A stretch of 64,000 nt of DNA from Lysobacterales bacterium (lineage in GTDB: Bacteria > Pseudomonadota > Gammaproteobacteria > Xanthomonadales > SZUA-5): NCBI GenBank assembly GCA_022844165.1, contig JALHMH010000018.1, forward strand, positions 29,071 to 93,070, given 5' to 3'. Below the pieces are notes generated by a model. The model did not search any database. It had not been told where the DNA came from and worked only from the letters and a program-made list of their open reading frames with translations. The position numbers and the translations under genes are program-made. Every line of letters starts with the position of its first letter. Position 1 is the stretch's first letter. Of the stretch, positions 42,004 to 52,100 are shown one piece after another.

Positions 42004-43230
42004 TCAAAGCGGTTTGCGCGGCGGCACGAGGGAGCTGCCCAGAACCAACCCGGCCACCAGGGCGGCGATCAGTGTGACCACCGAGAACGCGGCGTCGAGA
42101 CCCAGAAACACGTCTTTTTCGAACACAAAAGACAGACTCTTGAAGCCGACGGATCCCGGGACCAGCAATATCAGGCCGGGCATCCGAAAAGTTGCACCGG
42201 GACGATTGGCGACCCGCGAATAAATGTTGCTTGCGACACTGACGATAAAGCTCGCGACAAAAAGACCAACCTCAGGACCCAGCAACGGCGTGGCCCATTT
42301 GCTGCTGTAGTAGCTGATCGAAGCCGCCAACAGGACCACCCAGGCGTCGCGAATGCGCGCCTTGAACAACAATGCAAAGGCCGCTGCAGAGATCATCAGC
42401 GCTGCGGTCTCCAACCACTCGGGTTGCACGGTGCTCAACGCCTGCATTGGGGCCCAGCCAAGCCCCTGCGCGAGCCTGGTACCAACCAGTGCGCCGAAAG
42501 CCAGCTTTAGCAGGGTGGCTACCGCGCCAGCAAAACGCGCACTGCCAGACACCAGGTGATTGGTCGCAACTTCGGCAGCTGCGGTTGTCAACATCAAACC
42601 TGGGAGCAGGACAATCAAACCCGCAGTGATCACCAATCGCGTCGAAATCGGTTCGATCGCGTGCGCGATCCACGTGGTACCAAGCGCCACAATGAAAGCG
42701 GCCGCGGCATCGAATGTTGCCCCGACCCGCTGCCGCCCCACCGACAGCTGCGCCAGGATGCCGATCAACAACCCCAGCGCGCCCGCGCACACCATTTCGA
42801 TGATGCTGGCTTTCAGCAGCCCGGCGACGCCAGCAGAGGCGAACAAAAAGCCGAAGACCGTCTCCAACCACTGCCGACGCAATGGATCAGGACGCGTTGA
42901 GCGATGCAACTCCTGCATGCCGTCTGCGGCACTCAGTTCGCCGCGGGCAACGCGTTCGGCGATGTCGTCGAGCCGCCACAGGCGGCGCAAATGGATGTCG
43001 CCGGGTTGCAGCCGAACGACACGGGTAATGGTGTCGGCATCGCCCACAGCACCGACCGGACGCACGGTGATGATGATTGCAGTTGGACTTGACCAGATGT
43101 TCGCGTCAAGGTTGAGTCGCCTGGCAACGCCATCGATCGCGGCCTCCAGACGGGGCGCCGTGGCGCCGCCCTGGTGCAGATCGCGCGCCAACTCGATGAT
43201 GAAGTCCGTTTGGTGGCCATACTCGGTCAT
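42004..43230 (-). CDS. Threonine/serine exporter family (ThrE) protein
   Basis: LH..G..APRLE, GLIVLLPGL, HLVSGSARF, PGLILLVPGSVG. Confidence 0.92.
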   Translation of the reverse strand: MTEYGHQTDFIIELARDLHQGGATAPRLEAAIDGVARRLNLDANIWSSPTAIIITVRPVGAVGDADTITRVVRLQPGDIHLRRLWRLDDIAERVARGELSAADGMQELHRSTRPDPLRRQWLETVFGFLFASAGVAGLLKASIIEMVCAGALGLLIGILAQLSVGRQRVGATFDAAAAFIVALGTTWIAHAIEPISTRLVITAGLIVLLPGLMLTTAAAEVATNHLVSGSARFAGAVATLLKLAFGALVGTRLAQGLGWAPMQALSTVQPEWLETAALMISAAAFALLFKARIRDAWVVLLAASISYYSSKWATPLLGPEVGLFVASFIVSVASNIYSRVANRPGATFRMPGLILLVPGSVGFKSLSFVFEKDVFLGLDAAFSVVTLIAALVAGLVLGSSLVPPRKPL

Positions 43231-43424
43231 GCCGAGGATTCTGCGGCACACGAATTCGAGTGATGTGTGTGATTCGGCGATCAGGCTTTAGGGGCGGTTT
43301 AGCTTTGCGCCGAATGCAGGGCGCCAATCGCAAGTCGCTATCCCGACCACGATCGAATTTCGCGGACGCGGCTTAGAACCCGTCCAACCCGCTATCTTCC
43401 GCCCCCCAGTCTTCGGCAAGTACC

Positions 43425-44303
43425 ATGAACGTCGGTCTCGGAGAGGTGTTATCGGTGGCTGCTGCGGCGTCGTGGGGGCTGGGTGTTGCCTTGTACCGCA
43501 AACTCGGCGACCGCATGCCACCGGTGGCGCTCAATCTATACAAAAACGCCATCGTATTGGTACTGCTGGTGCCCACCGTGCTGTTCATGCATGGCTTTGC
43601 GCTGCCTGATATCGCACCTTGGGGGCTGGCGCTTGCGGCAGCCAGCGGGCTGCTCGGCATTGCGGTTGCCGACACGATGTACTTTAAAGCGCTCAATACG
43701 CTCGGAGCCGGTCGCCTTGGCGTGGTTGGCAACCTCTTCAGTCCGTTCGTCATTGTGCTGTCGTACTTGTTCTTGAACGAGCGACTGACGGCAATCCAGT
43801 TCGTGGGCTTTGCGTTGGTGATGGGCGGTGTGCTGCTCGTGCATCAGCGTGCCAGCAACGAAACGCTTGCGCCACGCGAGTTGAAAATCGGTATGGCATT
43901 GGGTTTGGCGGCGGTGTTCCTGAACGCAGCGGGCATCGTGATGGTCAAGCCGGTGCTCGAAGAGTTCCCGTTCTTCTGGGTTGCAGCCATCCGCATGCTC
44001 GCTGCCTTGTTGCCGATGATGCTGATGAATCAGCTGGTCGCTGCGCATCGTCGTGCCCCGCCGCTGCGCGAAATACCTTGGGCGTTGCTGATCTTCGCGG
44101 CCTTCGTCGGCCAATACCTATCGAGCCTGTTATGGCTCGGTGGTTACAAATACACCAGCGCGTCGGTGGCCTCCGTGCTCAACGAAACCGCGTCGATCTT
44201 TATTCTGCTGTTCGCCTGGGCGCTGCTGGGCGAGACGCTGACGCGGCGTAAGCTGATGGGTGTGGCGTTGACTTTTGGCGGTGTGTTGGTGATGTTGCTG
44301 TAA
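43425..44303 (+). CDS. DMT/EamA family transporter
   Basis: Two EamA repeats, about 10 TM (FLNERL; LLGETL). Confidence 0.9.
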   Translation: MNVGLGEVLSVAAAASWGLGVALYRKLGDRMPPVALNLYKNAIVLVLLVPTVLFMHGFALPDIAPWGLALAAASGLLGIAVADTMYFKALNTLGAGRLGVVGNLFSPFVIVLSYLFLNERLTAIQFVGFALVMGGVLLVHQRASNETLAPRELKIGMALGLAAVFLNAAGIVMVKPVLEEFPFFWVAAIRMLAALLPMMLMNQLVAAHRRAPPLREIPWALLIFAAFVGQYLSSLLWLGGYKYTSASVASVLNETASIFILLFAWALLGETLTRRKLMGVALTFGGVLVMLL

Positions 44304-44348
44304 AGCTCATGCTATTCATGCGATCTGAATTTCATCGGACGCCAAACC

Positions 44349-45800
44349 ATGCGCACTGCACTTTTGCGGCTCGCCAATTTTATCGACGGCGACTATCGTG
44401 CGCCGATCGGCGGGGCGTATTTGCCGGTGATCGAACCTGCCACCGGGCAGGTATTTGCCGAAGTTCCGGCGAGCAACGCGGGCGACGTCGATGCGGCCAT
44501 CTCGGCCGCACGCCGCGCCGCGCCCGTTTGGGCAGCGACAGCCCCGAGTGAGCGGGCGCGCGTTTTGCGCCGTATCGCCGACGAGATCGATGCGCGTGCT
44601 GCATCGCTCGCCGAAGAGGAATCGCGCGACAGCGGCAAGCCGGTGTCGGTCGCGCGCAGCGTCGACATACCGCGCGCTGCGGCGAACTTCCGGCACTTCG
44701 CCGCGCAAGCCGAGACCTTTGCCTCCGAATCGCACGATGGCGAAGCGGGTACCTTGAACATCACGCTGCGTCAGCCGCTGGGCGTCGTCGGCTGTATCAG
44801 TCCGTGGAATCTGCCGTTGTACTTGCTGACATGGAAAATTGCGCCGGCGCTTGCAGCAGGCAATGCCGTCGTCGCCAAACCCAGTGAAGTCACGCCGGTC
44901 ACTGCGTGGTTGCTCGGCGATGTTGTCCGGCATGCCGGTTTGCCGCCAGGGATTTTGAACATCGTGCAGGGCGCCGGCGCGACTGCAGGCGCTGCGCTGG
45001 TCGCCCAGCGTGATGTCAAAGCCTTGTCGTTTACCGGCAGCACCGCCACGGGCGCCGCGATCGCGGCGGTCGCCGCCCCTCAGTTCAAAAAGCTGTCGCT
45101 GGAACTCGGTGGTAAAAACGCCACGCTCGTGTTCGCTGATGCGGATTTTGATCGTGCCGTCAGCGAGAGCGTGCGCGCAGCGTTTTCCAATCAAGGCCAA
45201 ATCTGTTTGTGCGGTTCGCGCATCCTGGTCGAACGCTCACTGATGCCGCGATTTCGCGAAGCCTTCCTGGCGCAAGTCGCGGCGCTGCGCGTAGGCGATC
45301 CGCGCGAAGCAGACACGCAAATCGGCGCGCTGGTGTCGGCTGAGCATTTGGCGAAGGTGCAGGCGTACATCGCGCTCGCGCACGAGGAAGGCGGGCGCCT
45401 GCTCTGCGGTGGTTCTCGCATCGAGCTTCCTGGCCGCTGCCAGGACGGCTACTTTTTAGCGCCGACCGTGTTCGACCATCTGGACATGCACTGTCGGGTC
45501 AATCAGGAAGAGATCTTCGGTCCGGTTGTGACACTGACGGCGTTCGATGACGACACCCAGGCGATCGGATTCGCCAACGGCACGCCCTATGGGCTTGCCA
45601 CATCGGTCTGGACCCGCGATCTGGCGCGCGCACAACGCTGCGCTCGGGAACTGCAAGCCGGCATCGTCTGGATCAACTGCTGGATGGCGCGCGATCTGCG
45701 CACGCCGTTCGGCGGCGTCAAAGCTTCAGGCGTGGGTCGTGAGGGTGGGTTGGAGGCCATGCGTTTTTTCTCCGAATCGAAGAACGTTGCATTCGGCTGA
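44349..45800 (+). CDS. Aldehyde dehydrogenase (2-aminomuconate/2-hydroxymuconate semialdehyde dehydrogenase-like)
   Basis: ISPWNLPLYLLTWK, FTGST, LELGGKN, NQGQICLCGSR, EEIFGPV, RDLRTPFGG. Confidence 0.92.
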   Translation: MRTALLRLANFIDGDYRAPIGGAYLPVIEPATGQVFAEVPASNAGDVDAAISAARRAAPVWAATAPSERARVLRRIADEIDARAASLAEEESRDSGKPVSVARSVDIPRAAANFRHFAAQAETFASESHDGEAGTLNITLRQPLGVVGCISPWNLPLYLLTWKIAPALAAGNAVVAKPSEVTPVTAWLLGDVVRHAGLPPGILNIVQGAGATAGAALVAQRDVKALSFTGSTATGAAIAAVAAPQFKKLSLELGGKNATLVFADADFDRAVSESVRAAFSNQGQICLCGSRILVERSLMPRFREAFLAQVAALRVGDPREADTQIGALVSAEHLAKVQAYIALAHEEGGRLLCGGSRIELPGRCQDGYFLAPTVFDHLDMHCRVNQEEIFGPVVTLTAFDDDTQAIGFANGTPYGLATSVWTRDLARAQRCARELQAGIVWINCWMARDLRTPFGGVKASGVGREGGLEAMRFFSESKNVAFG

Positions 45801-45820
45801 TGGCTGTGAAGATGTTCACG

Positions 45821-45834
45821 ACTGAGTTAGCATC
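45821..45834 (+). promoter_or_regulatory. Conserved upstream motif ACTGAGTTAGCATC (likely -10 region), shared with 49318-49331
   Basis: 13/14 identical to the motif at nearly the same distance upstream of the paralog. Confidence 0.5.
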
Positions 45835-45874
45835 GTGAGTCGATTTGCCTTCACATTCTCAGGGGAACGTGTCA

Positions 45875-48800
45875 ATGAACGTCTTTTCGCTTCGGGCTGC
45901 GGTAATAGCCGGGCTTATGTTCGGCACTGCCGCATACGCTCAGACCAAGGATCAGCTCACGCAGCAACTGATCGATTTGCAAACGCAGATCGAGACACTG
46001 AAGGCGCAAGGCAACCTGAGCGCTATCGCGCCGGTGCAGGTGCAGTTCGATCAAATTTCTGCGCAACTGGGCGGCGATACGCCATGCGGCGTCGGTCCGG
46101 TGCAAGCGGGTTCGTCGGCTTCGCGCGCGCCAGCGCCGTCTCCAGTTGGCTGTACGGCGACAACGACCAACTTTGCGCAAACCACTGCCACCGCCATTCC
46201 GACCGGACCTGCGGTTGTTACATCGACGCTGACTGTCGCGGGTGCGGGCTCCTACTTGTGGGACGTGGACATCACCACCAATATCGTGCACTCGTTTGCG
46301 GCGGACCTGGACATCACGATCCAATCGCCAGCCGGCACGGTGGTCACTCTGACCACGGACAACGGTGCTGGCAACGACAATGTGTTTAACGGCACGGTGT
46401 GGGATGACGATGCGAATCCCGGCGGCACCGTACCGTACACCACGAACAACGGACTCGTGACCGATCACGCGTACGCCAATCTGACGCTGGCCTCGCCACT
46501 GGTGCCGGAGGAGTCGTTAGCTGCGTTCGTTGGCGAGAATCCGAACGGCACGTGGACGATCACCATCAGCGACGATCTGGCCGGCGATGGTGGCAGTCTG
46601 GATAGTTGGGCGCTGGCGCTGACCACGTTCCCGCAGGCTGTGCAGACGAGCCCGCTGCAGGCATTCAATCAAACCACGCCGGTAGCCATTCCCACGGGGC
46701 CGGCGGTCGTCACGTCTACGCTGGCAGTGAGTGGCGTGACCAATCGCTTGTGTAAGGCAGTGATTCGCTCCTCGATCACGCACAGTTTCTCGGCGGATAT
46801 GGACATTACGCTGACCTCGCCAGCCGGGACAGTGGTGACGCTGACGACAGACAACGGCGCTGGCAACGACAACACCTACAACGGAACCACGTGGGATGAC
46901 GATGCCAACGCTGCAGGGCAAGTGCCGTATGTGACTAACAATGGACTGGCGACCGATCACGCTTATGTCAATTTGACCACCGCAACACCGTTGGTGGTTG
47001 AGGAGTCGATGGGCGCGTTTATGGGTGAAGATGCCAATGGCACCTGGACGTTGACCATCAGCGACGATCTGGCGGGTGACGGCGGCAGTATCGATGCCTG
47101 GGGACTGGACATCCAAGGATGTTTCTGCGGCGGCGACCTGACGCTGGCCGTCACCGACACACCAGATCCAGTCACGCCGGGTACCGCGATCACCTATGTC
47201 GCCACGGCAACCAACAACGGCCCGGGTAGCGTTAGCGAAGTCAACATCAGTTTTCCGATGGCCGCGGGCACAACCTTTACCTCTGCAGCAGCAAGCGCTG
47301 GCGGCAGTTGCACCTCACCAGCGGTCGGCGCTACGGGCACGGTCAGCTGCACCTGGCCCGGCGTTACAGCGGTGGGGGCGGGCGCTGCGCGCTCCGTGAC
47401 GATCGTCGCAGGCGTGCCGCCGGCGGCGACGCCGGGAACCAACCTGACGGTTAACGCGACGACAGCATCGACGCCGCCGGATCTCAATACGGGAAACAAT
47501 GGCGCGTCTGCCACGACCACGGTGGGTCCGGCATCTGCCGATCTTCTTGCGGGTTTGACGGCCGCGCCGACGCCATCGGTCGTCGCCGGCACGAACCTGG
47601 TGTACTCCGCAACGGTGACCAACCAGGGACCGTCCGATGCGCAGAACGCCCAGGTGAGTTTGCCGCTGCCGGCAGGGACCAGTCTGGTCTCGGCGATGGG
47701 CACAGGCGCAACCTGCTCGGGCACCACAACAGTCGTTTGCGTGTTCAGCGGTGCAACCGCGCCGACGATTGCGCGCACTGCGATGATCACAGTCCTGGTG
47801 GCGGCCTCCGTGCCGAATGGCTCCACGTTATCGGCGATCAACTCAGTGTCTGCGACGACAGCCGATCCGGTCACCGGTAACAATGACGCGTCGGTCTCGA
47901 CCAGCGTTGTGGCGAATGCGGACTTGTCGGCGGGTCTGACGGCAGCACCCACGCCAAGTGTGATTGCCGGCACCAATCTGGTGTACACGGCCACGGTCGC
48001 CAACCTCGGCCCGTCGGATGCCCAGAATGCCCAAGTGAGCCTGGGATTGCCCGCCGGCACGAGCCTCGTTTCGGCCTCCGGCACGGGTGCGACCTGTTCG
48101 GGCACCACAACGGTGGTCTGCGTGTTCAACGGCGCCACGGCGCCAACCATCACCCGGACTGCAACCATCACCGCCCTGGTTGCCCCGTCGGTGGCCAATG
48201 GCGCAACGCTGTCGGCCAGCAACACCGTGTCGTCGGCAACCACAGATCCAGCGGGCGGCAACAACACCGCATCGGTCTCGACGACCGTGAATACCAGTGC
48301 CGATCTGGTGGCCGGCCTGACGGCAGCGCCTTCGCCGTCTGTCAGCGCTGGCGCCAATCTGGTCTACACCGCAACCGTCGCCAAACTCGGCCCGTCCGAC
48401 GCGCAGAATGTGCAGGTGAGCCTGCCCTTGCCGGCCGGAACCAGCCTGGTGTCCGCCTCGGGTACGGGTGCGACCTGTTCGGGCACGACCACCGTGGTGT
48501 GCGTGTTCAATGGCGCCACCGCGCCCTCGGTCACGCGCACGGCAACCATCACCGTATTGGTCGGTGCGGCGGTGGCCAACGGCACCACGCTCACGGCAAC
48601 GAACACAGTGTCCTCGGCAACCTCCGATCCTGCGACCGGCAACAACACCGCATCGGTATCGACCACGGTTGTCACGAGCGCGAATCTGGCGCTGACGCTC
48701 ACCGCCTCGTCGCTCGATACACCGCTCAACACGCCGGTGACCTTCACCGCCGTCAGCACCAACCTCGGCCCGAGCGACGCGCAAAATCTGTCGATTTCGA

Positions 48801-49159
48801 TTGTGCTGAGCCCGGACTTCCGCTTCGGCACAGTGACGCCGGGTGCGGGTGGCACGTGTACTTCGCCGCAAATCGGCTTAACTGGCACGGTGACCTGCAC
48901 CTACGCCCGTGCGACGGCAGCGAATACATCGCGTACGATGGCCGTGACATCAGCGGCGGTGGTCGACGGCGTCACAACGATCAGCGCCAGCACAACATCG
49001 GCAACAAGCGATCCGGTCACGACGAATAACACGGCGAGTCTGTCGATGCGCGCGGGGCTGCCGTACGAGGCGATTCCGGTGAATAACCCGGTGGCGCTCG
49101 CGCTGCTGGCGCTGTTGCTGGGTGGACTGGGCCTGACCCTGGTGCGTCGCTACGGCTAA
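45875..49159 (+). CDS. Surface protein: two proprotein-convertase P-domains, five DUF11 domains, IPTL-CTERM-like anchor
   Basis: Signal peptide; HSF.ADLDIT..SPAGT.V.L and NGTWT.TISD twice; N.GPSDAQN repeats; ends IPVNNP-TM-RR. Confidence 0.88.
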   Translation: MNVFSLRAAVIAGLMFGTAAYAQTKDQLTQQLIDLQTQIETLKAQGNLSAIAPVQVQFDQISAQLGGDTPCGVGPVQAGSSASRAPAPSPVGCTATTTNFAQTTATAIPTGPAVVTSTLTVAGAGSYLWDVDITTNIVHSFAADLDITIQSPAGTVVTLTTDNGAGNDNVFNGTVWDDDANPGGTVPYTTNNGLVTDHAYANLTLASPLVPEESLAAFVGENPNGTWTITISDDLAGDGGSLDSWALALTTFPQAVQTSPLQAFNQTTPVAIPTGPAVVTSTLAVSGVTNRLCKAVIRSSITHSFSADMDITLTSPAGTVVTLTTDNGAGNDNTYNGTTWDDDANAAGQVPYVTNNGLATDHAYVNLTTATPLVVEESMGAFMGEDANGTWTLTISDDLAGDGGSIDAWGLDIQGCFCGGDLTLAVTDTPDPVTPGTAITYVATATNNGPGSVSEVNISFPMAAGTTFTSAAASAGGSCTSPAVGATGTVSCTWPGVTAVGAGAARSVTIVAGVPPAATPGTNLTVNATTASTPPDLNTGNNGASATTTVGPASADLLAGLTAAPTPSVVAGTNLVYSATVTNQGPSDAQNAQVSLPLPAGTSLVSAMGTGATCSGTTTVVCVFSGATAPTIARTAMITVLVAASVPNGSTLSAINSVSATTADPVTGNNDASVSTSVVANADLSAGLTAAPTPSVIAGTNLVYTATVANLGPSDAQNAQVSLGLPAGTSLVSASGTGATCSGTTTVVCVFNGATAPTITRTATITALVAPSVANGATLSASNTVSSATTDPAGGNNTASVSTTVNTSADLVAGLTAAPSPSVSAGANLVYTATVAKLGPSDAQNVQVSLPLPAGTSLVSASGTGATCSGTTTVVCVFNGATAPSVTRTATITVLVGAAVANGTTLTATNTVSSATSDPATGNNTASVSTTVVTSANLALTLTASSLDTPLNTPVTFTAVSTNLGPSDAQNLSISIVLSPDFRFGTVTPGAGGTCTSPQIGLTGTVTCTYARATAANTSRTMAVTSAAVVDGVTTISASTTSATSDPVTTNNTASLSMRAGLPYEAIPVNNPVALALLALLLGGLGLTLVRRYG
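47540..48682 (+). repeat. Three intragenic 381-bp (127-aa) DUF11 repeats
   Basis: Units start at 47540, 47921 and 48302. Confidence 0.9.
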
Positions 49160-49182
49160 GCTCACACGTCAATACAGAGGAT

Positions 49183-49215
49183 GAAGGGGCGGCCACCAGG
49201 CCGCCCTTCTTTTTA
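49183..49215 (+). terminator. Intrinsic terminator
   Basis: GAAGGGGCGGCC-ACCA-GGCCGCCCTTC-TTTTT. Confidence 0.85.
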
Positions 49216-49370
49216 CGCTTGTCTCGCCATCAAATTCGGCTGAGCCCCAGATTGTGCTTGCGCCCGCAGAACGCCGCATAGAACCTCGTATTCACACATA
49301 CTGTTCAGAACTGCTTCACTGAGCTAGCATCTTCCATCCACTTTGTCCTCACATGCCCAGGGGATTCACG

Positions 49371-51896
49371 ATGAAAGCAAAGTTGTTCCTGGCCACGGCG
49401 GTTGCCGCTGGCTTGATGTTCGGATCCGGCGCGTCTGCGCAAACAAAGGATCAACTGACCCAGCAACTGATCGATTTGCAAACGCAGATCGAGACACTGA
49501 AGGCGCAAGGCAACCTGAGCGCTATCGCGCCGGTGCAGGCGCAGTTCGATCAAATTTCTGCGCAACTGGGCGGCGATACGCCATGCGGCGTCGGTCCGGT
49601 GCAAGCGGGTTCGTCGGCTTCGCGCGCGCCAGCGCCGTCTCCGGTTGGCTGTACCGCGACAACGACCAACTTTGCGCAAACCACTGCCACCGCCATTCCG
49701 ACCGGACCTGCGGTTGTTACATCGACGCTGACTGTCGCGGGTGCGGGCTCCTACTTGTGGGACGTGGACATCACCACCAATATCGTGCACTCGTTTGCGG
49801 CGGACCTGGACATCACGATCCAATCGCCAGCCGGCACGGTGGTCACTCTGACCACGGACAACGGTGCTGGCAACGACAATGTGTTTAACGGCACGGTGTG
49901 GGATGACGATGCGAATCCCGGCGGCACCGTACCGTACACCACGAACAACGGACTCGTGACCGATCACGCGTACGCCAATCTGACGCTGGCCTCGCCACTG
50001 GTGCCGGAGGAGTCGTTAGCTGCGTTCGTTGGCGAGAATCCGAACGGCACGTGGACGATCACCATCAGCGACGATCTGGCCGGCGATGGTGGCAGTCTGG
50101 ATAGTTGGGCGCTGGCGCTGACCACGTTCCCGCAAGCTGTGCAAACCTCCGGCACGCAGGTGTTCACTCAGCCGACGGCCGTGGCAATTCCCACTGGCCC
50201 TGCGGTGGTGACGTCAACTCTGGCGGTCAGTGGTGTGACCAATCGCTTGTGTAAGGCAGTGATTCGCTCCTCGATCACGCACAGTTTCTCGGCGGATATG
50301 GACATCACGCTGACCTCGCCTGCGGGTACGGTGGTCACACTCACGACAGACAACGGCGCAGGCAACGACAACACCTACAACGGCACCACCTGGGACGACG
50401 ACGCGAATCCTGCGGGTCAGGTTCCTTACACCACCAACAACGGCATGGCGACCGATCACGCCTATGCGAATCTGATCACAGCAACTCCGTTGGTTGTCGA
50501 AGAGTCGATGGGCGCGTTCATGGGCGAAGACGCCAACGGCACCTGGACACTGACGATCAGCGATGATCTCGCGGGCGATGGCGGCAACTTGACATCGTGG
50601 GCACTGGATCTCACCGGTTGCTTCTGCGGCGGCGACCTGACCCTGGCCGTCACCGACACACCAGATCCGGTCACGCCGGGCACCGCGATCACCTACGTCG
50701 CGACTGCAACCAACAACGGCCCGGGTGATGTCTCCGACGTCAACATCAGCTTCCCGATGGCCGCTGGAACGACCTTCACGTCGGCGGTTGCCAGTGCGGG
50801 TGGCAGCTGCACCACGCCGGCAGCCGGCACGGCAGGCACCATCAGCTGCACCTGGACGGGCACCACCACGCCAGGCGGCGGCAACGCTCGCTCGGTCACA
50901 ATCGTGGCAGGTGTTCCTGCAGCAACCGCGCCGGGCACTGTTCTTGCCGTCACGGCGACAACGGCATCGACGCCACCGGATCTGAACACGGGCAACAACA
51001 GCGCCGCGATCACGACCACCGTCGGTGCAGCATCGGCCAATCTGGTCGCCGGTCTTTCCGCAGCACCCACGCCTTCGGTCACCGCTGGAACGAACCTGGT
51101 TTACACGGCAACCGTTGCCAACCTGGGTCCATCCGATGCGCAAAACGCGCAAGTGAGCCTGCCATTGCCAACGGGCACGAGCCTGGTTTCCGCCTCGGGC
51201 ACTGGTGCGACGTGTTCGGGCACGACCACGGTGGTCTGCGTGTTCAATGGCGCGACGGCGCCGACGGTCACACGTACGGCGACCATCACTGTGCTGGTGG
51301 CTGCCTCGGTGGCGAACGGCACCACACTGACGGCGACGAACACGGTGTCGTCGGCGACTGCCGATCCTGTAGCGGCCAACAACACCGCGTCGGTTTCCAC
51401 CACCGTGAACGCCAACGCCAATCTGGCGCTGACGTTGACCGCCTCATCGCTGGATACCCCGCTTAATGTGCCGGTGACCTTCACGGCTGTGAGCACCAAC
51501 CTTGGTCCGAGCGATGCGCAGAATCTGTCGATCTCGATCGTGCTGAGCCCGGACTTCCGCTTCGGCACAGTAATGCCCGGTGCAGGCGGCACGTGTACTT
51601 CTCCGCAAATCGGCTTGACAGGTACCGTCACCTGCACTTACGCCGGGGCGACCGCACCGAATGCGTCGCGCACGATGATTGTGACCGCAGCAGCGGTGGT
51701 CGACGGCATCACGACCATTAACGCCAGCACGACATCGGCAACGAGCGATCCGGTGACGGCGAACAATACGGCCAGCCTGTCGATTCGCGCGGGTTTCCCG
51801 TACGAAGCAATTCCGGTCAACAACCCACTGGCGCTTGCGCTGCTGGCGCTGCTGCTGGGTGGTCTGGGTCTGACGTTGGTTCGTCGTAACGGCTAA
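49371..51896 (+). CDS. Paralogous surface protein: two P-domains, three DUF11 domains, IPTL-CTERM-like anchor
   Basis: Same architecture as 45875-49159 with two fewer DUF11 units; ends IPVNNP-TM-RRNG. Confidence 0.88.
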   Translation: MKAKLFLATAVAAGLMFGSGASAQTKDQLTQQLIDLQTQIETLKAQGNLSAIAPVQAQFDQISAQLGGDTPCGVGPVQAGSSASRAPAPSPVGCTATTTNFAQTTATAIPTGPAVVTSTLTVAGAGSYLWDVDITTNIVHSFAADLDITIQSPAGTVVTLTTDNGAGNDNVFNGTVWDDDANPGGTVPYTTNNGLVTDHAYANLTLASPLVPEESLAAFVGENPNGTWTITISDDLAGDGGSLDSWALALTTFPQAVQTSGTQVFTQPTAVAIPTGPAVVTSTLAVSGVTNRLCKAVIRSSITHSFSADMDITLTSPAGTVVTLTTDNGAGNDNTYNGTTWDDDANPAGQVPYTTNNGMATDHAYANLITATPLVVEESMGAFMGEDANGTWTLTISDDLAGDGGNLTSWALDLTGCFCGGDLTLAVTDTPDPVTPGTAITYVATATNNGPGDVSDVNISFPMAAGTTFTSAVASAGGSCTTPAAGTAGTISCTWTGTTTPGGGNARSVTIVAGVPAATAPGTVLAVTATTASTPPDLNTGNNSAAITTTVGAASANLVAGLSAAPTPSVTAGTNLVYTATVANLGPSDAQNAQVSLPLPTGTSLVSASGTGATCSGTTTVVCVFNGATAPTVTRTATITVLVAASVANGTTLTATNTVSSATADPVAANNTASVSTTVNANANLALTLTASSLDTPLNVPVTFTAVSTNLGPSDAQNLSISIVLSPDFRFGTVMPGAGGTCTSPQIGLTGTVTCTYAGATAPNASRTMIVTAAAVVDGITTINASTTSATSDPVTANNTASLSIRAGFPYEAIPVNNPLALALLALLLGGLGLTLVRRNG

Positions 51897-51920
51897 GCGA
51901 CCGCGATAGCCGAACATGCG

Positions 51921-51953
51921 AAGGGGCGGCCTCGAGGCTGCCCCTTTTCATTT
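51921..51953 (+). terminator. Intrinsic terminator
   Basis: AAGGGGCGGCC-TCGA-GGCTGCCCCTT-TTCATTT. Confidence 0.8.
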
Positions 51954-52100
51954 CCAGTGGTGCGATTGGCCATCAAGACGTGTCGAAGAGCCAGCCTACC
52001 GGCAGTCGCGTCGATTTTGCCGCGCCAGGTGACGCTGCATCCCGTCAACGCCGCACGCAGTGATACGTTGAGCGCATGATCCGACCAAAGGACTTCGCGC

